In this document: positions 60,272 through 64,000 of the stretch, in pieces
How positions within the stretch are numbered: the stretch's first letter is position 1
How the letters are laid out: each line of letters opens with the position of its first letter
From: an uncultured Gemmatimonadota bacterium
Lineage (GTDB): Bacteria > JAAXHH01
Assembly: GCA_951812955.1 (NCBI GenBank)
Contig: OX638340.1
Span: 2,592,001 to 2,656,000 of the forward strand
Length of the DNA stretch: 64,000 nucleotides
Reading direction: 5' to 3'
Notes under the pieces: model-generated
Seen by the model: the letters and a program-made list of their open reading frames with translations, nothing else
What the model was told of the DNA's origin: nothing
Database searches by the model: none
Position numbers and translations under genes: made by a program

Positions 60272-61018
60272 TCAATGGACAAGAGCTTGAAACTCTTTCC
60301 CATTCATAGGCTTGTGTTTCGTCCAGCTTCCGCTCATTTCAACCAGGATTCGCTGCATCCATGAGTATGAATCAGAGGTGTAGATTTTCAGCACTCTAGC
60401 TTTGTATTCGGGATGTTCTTTCATAGCTTTAGTTAAATCATAAACCAAGTAACGAGGTGACCAACCAATCATGTGATAATCTAAAGTCTGGATTTGAACT
60501 GCCACCTTTGATACAGGATTGGTTAGTTCCAAGGTTACATACAACGGTTCATCTTCCTCTAATTTACTTAATCGGTTCTTTGCCGGTTTATTGATATGTC
60601 GAGTTCCGTGAAGAAAAAACCGGCACGTAAAGCTACCATCCGCTTCCTTGCGGATTTTCGGAAACACCTCATATGAATCAGTTACACGATTACCTCCATT
60701 AATGGATAGGATCTCAATTGGATCTGCTTCGTCACAGAGATCAAACCCCTTAAGGTAGTCCTCAAATTCTGGCCTCGATCGATTCAGAATTCGATTCTTA
60801 AATAACGGAAACAACTCCTTTGATGTATATTCATGGTCGAAACTAGGGAATTCAACCAGTGGAGCGAATCGTGCTTTTTCCATTGCCCGTTTTGCGCCGT
60901 AGATATAACGAAACTTAAAGAAAGGTTCGTTGATATCGGCATCAAGTCGACCTACGGGATACCATTCTCGGGTTGTTACCTGATCTTGCCAAGCAAGAAA
61001 AAGTGTTCTGAAGTTCAC
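60272..61018 (-). CDS. Hypothetical 248-aa protein, translationally coupled partner of the HipA-like kinase
   Basis: GTG start overlapping the kinase stop in a GTGA arrangement. No recognisable motif. AT-rich codon usage like the rest of the island. Confidence 0.5.
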   Translation of the reverse strand: MNFRTLFLAWQDQVTTREWYPVGRLDADINEPFFKFRYIYGAKRAMEKARFAPLVEFPSFDHEYTSKELFPLFKNRILNRSRPEFEDYLKGFDLCDEADPIEILSINGGNRVTDSYEVFPKIRKEADGSFTCRFFLHGTRHINKPAKNRLSKLEEDEPLYVTLELTNPVSKVAVQIQTLDYHMIGWSPRYLVYDLTKAMKEHPEYKARVLKIYTSDSYSWMQRILVEMSGSWTKHKPMNGKEFQALVH

Positions 61019-61905
61019 GAATCTATCTCCAATAGTTTTTGACGGTTATATAACATTAAATTCATTGCGAATTGTCGGGCGTGTATGCTCATCCAATCAT
61101 CTGGAATACGATTAACGATTTCCTCAAGGCTGCTTATGTCAAGTTGGTAGAGTCTTTGCAAAACGGAACTAAAAGACTCCGGTAGTTCATTGAATGTAGT
61201 GCGCACGACGCCAAGGGGGCTTAGCCCTCTAGTGTCTTCGCTAGACCTGTAAATCGGGCTTCGACCTTTTTCGGCATATTGTCCAACTCTATCCTCATCT
61301 AACAATCGAATACGCCTGTCATCATCGATTTCTCTTCCCAGAGACGATGCGTGGTCATATGACGGTGCCATAGTTTTCGACACCATAGAAAAATCCATCA
61401 AAACTCCCCAGTTTTCGTGATGTCGATCAGTGTTTCCAATAAACGCATCTAAGATTATGTATTCACAGAAAGTTTGTTTTGCACTATCGGCTTTTTCTTG
61501 TTCAAATACTGTCTCAAGAACGCTCCAGATATTAAAGATGGTATGGTCTGATTGCTTTTGTGTCTTTTCTGGCTCATATTCATTAAATATAAAACTCAGA
61601 AGTTGGTTACCATGAATCAGTTCATGGTAACGATCGGTAAATGACTTGGTAGCTGTTCCTTTGGTTTGCCTGAAAACGGCTAATTCGACGATTGCATGTG
61701 GGATATTGAGTAATTCTGCAACTTCAGATGCAACCTTTTCAGCCCAATGTTCGCCCCTACTCTCTCGATGGTATTTAAAAAGCCATAGTTCATCTTCAGA
61801 TTCGGATCGATTGAACCAGAATTTAGGTTTGCTTCCCATTTCTTCCTGAAGATACTGGTCTTCCTTAATTTCCTCGATCTGATAGTCATTCAACTTCCGC
61901 CCCAT
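61015..61905 (-). CDS. HipA-family (HipA_C-like) Ser/Thr kinase, short form lacking the HipA N-terminal subdomain
   Basis: 'GSKPKFWF' resembles the Gly-rich ATP-binding loop of HipA. The catalytic motif 'ILDAFIGNTDRHHENWG' matches the HipA/CtkA 'GNxDxHxxN' pattern, and 'APSYDHAS' matches HipA 'xPxYDxxS'. Confidence 0.6.
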   Translation of the reverse strand: MGRKLNDYQIEEIKEDQYLQEEMGSKPKFWFNRSESEDELWLFKYHRESRGEHWAEKVASEVAELLNIPHAIVELAVFRQTKGTATKSFTDRYHELIHGNQLLSFIFNEYEPEKTQKQSDHTIFNIWSVLETVFEQEKADSAKQTFCEYIILDAFIGNTDRHHENWGVLMDFSMVSKTMAPSYDHASSLGREIDDDRRIRLLDEDRVGQYAEKGRSPIYRSSEDTRGLSPLGVVRTTFNELPESFSSVLQRLYQLDISSLEEIVNRIPDDWMSIHARQFAMNLMLYNRQKLLEIDS

Positions 61906-62439
61906 TTTTCTCGGTCTATGTCATTGGGCCTTAACATCCTGTTTTGCAATATCCAATGCGATGTTTGTTTTTTACGGTCCATCCCCAGTCACTAATGCGT
62001 CCACTTATGGCCTTTGGACAGATAAATTGCATGTCCTCGGTTTCCTCGGCTCGGTAGGAATCCTGCCGACTTGGACCACACGTCATTTCACGTCTGAGTG
62101 GCGGTTTTCACGACATGGCCCTCCAGTATGTGTCATTTCCTTATTTAACGCTATTAAACCAAAAAGTACCAGATGAACTGCAGGTGCTCCTCCAACTTGT
62201 CTGAGCACGTTCAATAGATCTCGATCATAATTTCGACTAAGTCTACGACAGTCATCCGTATTTCGCAATCCTTTCTCAAGCCGTAGAGCGGTGAAGTTAC
62301 GATCAGTTTTGAAACTGTCGTCTGGGAAAATTGCTATATATGTAAAATGTCTTCGTAGACTAGGTTTAGCGAAAAACTAATTACATCACGACTAGACTTG
62401 TCTGTGGATTTGCCATCATAGTCTGGCAATTTTCACCAA

Positions 62440-62457
62440 TGTCTACCCAGGTAGACA
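62440..62457. promoter_or_regulatory. 18-bp inverted repeat, candidate operator upstream of the HipA-like operon
   Basis: 'tgtctacc ca ggtagaca' has perfect 8-bp arms. It lies about 535 bp upstream of the kinase start on the minus strand, in an AT-rich leader. Confidence 0.3.
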
Positions 62458-62839
62458 CATACTCTGGGTGACTCCTTTCGGGATGAAGGCGGACAGGTCC
62501 GCCCTGTCCGACCGAACATAAATCTTTGTTCGGTATTGCAATTATACGGTTTTCCGGGGGCCATAGCAATACTAAATTGAACAGGTACTATTCAGATGCG
62601 ATTTCTAATTGATACACATCCGCGTGTTGATCAGTACAGGTCAATATACTGGTCAATACCGTCTTGCTGTCTTGACCGTACAGCACTTCTTTTTCTAAGC
62701 ATTCCCACGCTTACTATAGAAAGTGTTTCAGTTTCTTTGGCGAACCATTTCCGTCAAATCGGTGATAATTCACCTCCATCGACAACAGGGGTAATCTCAC
62801 ATTTCTGCTAATTACCTAAGCCTTAAAACCACCATCCAG

Positions 62840-64000
62840 TGGATCGGCCTGATCGCCGGTCCAGTCGTGGCGATCCTGCTCTACAGCCAGTTGCCCCATG
62901 CGTACATGAGCGGCACGGGCGAGGTGGTGGCGTTCTCGAACGCCGGCCGTGCGACATTGGCCCTGGCGGTGTGGATGGCGATCTGGTGGATGACAGAGGC
63001 CGTCGAGCTTTACGCCACGGCATTGTTGCCCCTGGTCGCCCTTCCGTTGGCCGGTGCGTCACCGGTGCGGGAAGCGGCCGCTCCCTACGCACACGAGTTG
63101 ATCTTCCTCTTCATGGGCGGTTTTCTCATCGCCCTGGCCATGCAGCGATGGGGGCTCCACCGACGCATGGCGTTCAAGGCCCTGCGTGCGGCCGGCGACC
63201 ACCCGGCGGGCATCGTGGCGTGCTTCATGGGCGTGACGGCCTTTTTCAGCATGTGGGTGTCCAACACGGCCACCGCGGTCATGATGCTCCCCATTGCCCT
63301 CAGCATCATCGCCTTGGTGGAGCAGGTGGAACCCGGTAGCGTGGCAGGCGGCGCTGGAAACGGCAGCACAGATAACAATGGTGCAGGAAGCGGAAATTCT
63401 GCCGCCGGAAACGGTGGCCCCGGAAGCGGCGTAGCAGTAGACGGTGACACGGGCAACGGCGGCCCCGGAAACAAAGGGCCTGAAACAAAGACGCGGCCCC
63501 ATTTCGCCCTGTGCCTGCTTCTGGGCATCGCCTACGCCGCATCCATCGGCGGGATCGGTACGATCATCGGCACGCCGCCCAACGTATTCCTCGCGTCCTT
63601 CATCCAGTCCAACCTGGGCCAGGAGATCAGCTTCGTCCGGTGGATGGGCGTGGGACTTCCCCTGGTGGCCGTTTTCCTGCCGCTGACGTGGCTGATGCTG
63701 ACCCGAGTCCTTTATCCCCTTCGGGCCGTGCGCATCGAGGGAAGCCGGGAGGTGACGGATAAGGCCTACCGGGAACTGGGCTCCATGTCGCGGGGGGAGA
63801 GGGTCGTGCTGGCGGTGTTCCTCCTCGCCGCCGTATCCTGGATTGCCCGTCCGTTGCTGGTCCAGGTCCAGATAGGTGACCTGACCCCGCTGGCCGGTCT
63901 GTCCGATCCGGTCATCGCCATGGTTGCGGCGCTGGCCCTCTTCGTCGTGCCGGTGGACGTAAAACGGCGAATCTTCGTGATGAACTGGGAAACGGCCGTG
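62840..64000 (+). CDS. SLC13/DASS family anion:Na+ symporter (partial; runs off window end; no canonical start codon at its 5' end)
   Basis: Frame is open from 62795 to the window end. Return to ~67% GC. Hydrophobic transmembrane segments and Gly-rich loop 'GAGNGSTDNNGAGSGN'. Internal ATG at 62906 and TTG at 62891. Confidence 0.55.

Larger units (their letters stand above)
48890..62822. mobile_element. AT-rich horizontally acquired genomic island (defence island: Type I RM + HipA-like module). No integrase or tRNA detected in the window
   Basis: Abrupt drop from ~65-68% GC to ~40-45% GC between about 48.9 kb and 62.82 kb. Codon usage differs from flanking genes. Cargo is typical of defence islands. 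Confidence 0.65.

Noticed and set aside
62083-62569. Small ORFs upstream of the HipA-like gene (62083..62268-, 62381..62569-) considered as a HipB-like antitoxin
   Set aside because: Neither translation shows an XRE or Cro-type helix-turn-helix. They lie in an AT-rich leader full of stops in other frames and are likely non-coding.

Overview
High-GC (~65-68%) bacterial chromosomal segment, densely coding. Antisense 'shadow' ORFs are abundant, as expected at this GC.

Gene content from the left:
- A Tat-secreted class-V aminotransferase, an outer-membrane beta-barrel protein, a GNAT acetyltransferase and a sugar-phosphate isomerase.
- An hpnC-hpnD-hpnE squalene-synthesis operon on the minus strand.
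- ribB.
- A large wHTH + P-loop NTPase + HEAT + Gly-zipper membrane protein.
- thiL, a Rieske protein, mltD, queG, rny (RNase Y), ccmF and rpiA.
- A minus-strand enzyme cluster: a secreted protein, a HIBADH-like dehydrogenase, a cupin, an SDR, an amidohydrolase and an M14 carboxypeptidase.
- A cyclophilin, a TonB-like protein, an NHS-type MFS transporter and an APC permease.
- Three tandem LacI-family regulators.
- A PhyH-like dioxygenase and a Gfo/Idh/MocA oxidoreductase.
- A GWxTD protein, priA, a SplB-like radical-SAM protein, a PaaI thioesterase, an MTOX/sarcosine-oxidase-like flavoenzyme and purB.
- An SSS symporter with a coupled small membrane ORF.

The presence of RNase Y, GWxTD and hpnCDE suggests the FCB group or a similar lineage, but this is not certain.

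The most striking feature is a sharp compositional discontinuity at about 48.9-62.8 kb. This ~14 kb AT-rich island (~40-45% GC) carries:
- a complete Type I restriction-modification operon, hsdM (unusually long, 893 aa)-hsdS-hsdR-DUF45 metallopeptidase;
- a rhodanese;
- several small orphan ORFs;
- a ~700 bp structured non-coding stretch;
- a translationally coupled pair made of a short HipA-family Ser/Thr kinase and a 248-aa protein of unknown function. This pair is a candidate toxin/defence module that has not been described.

The island's right edge abuts an SLC13/DASS permease ORF that lacks a recognisable start codon and runs off the window. No integrase, tRNA or CRISPR array was found.

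The segment also shows many short local tandem duplications, both inside genes and in intergenic spacers.
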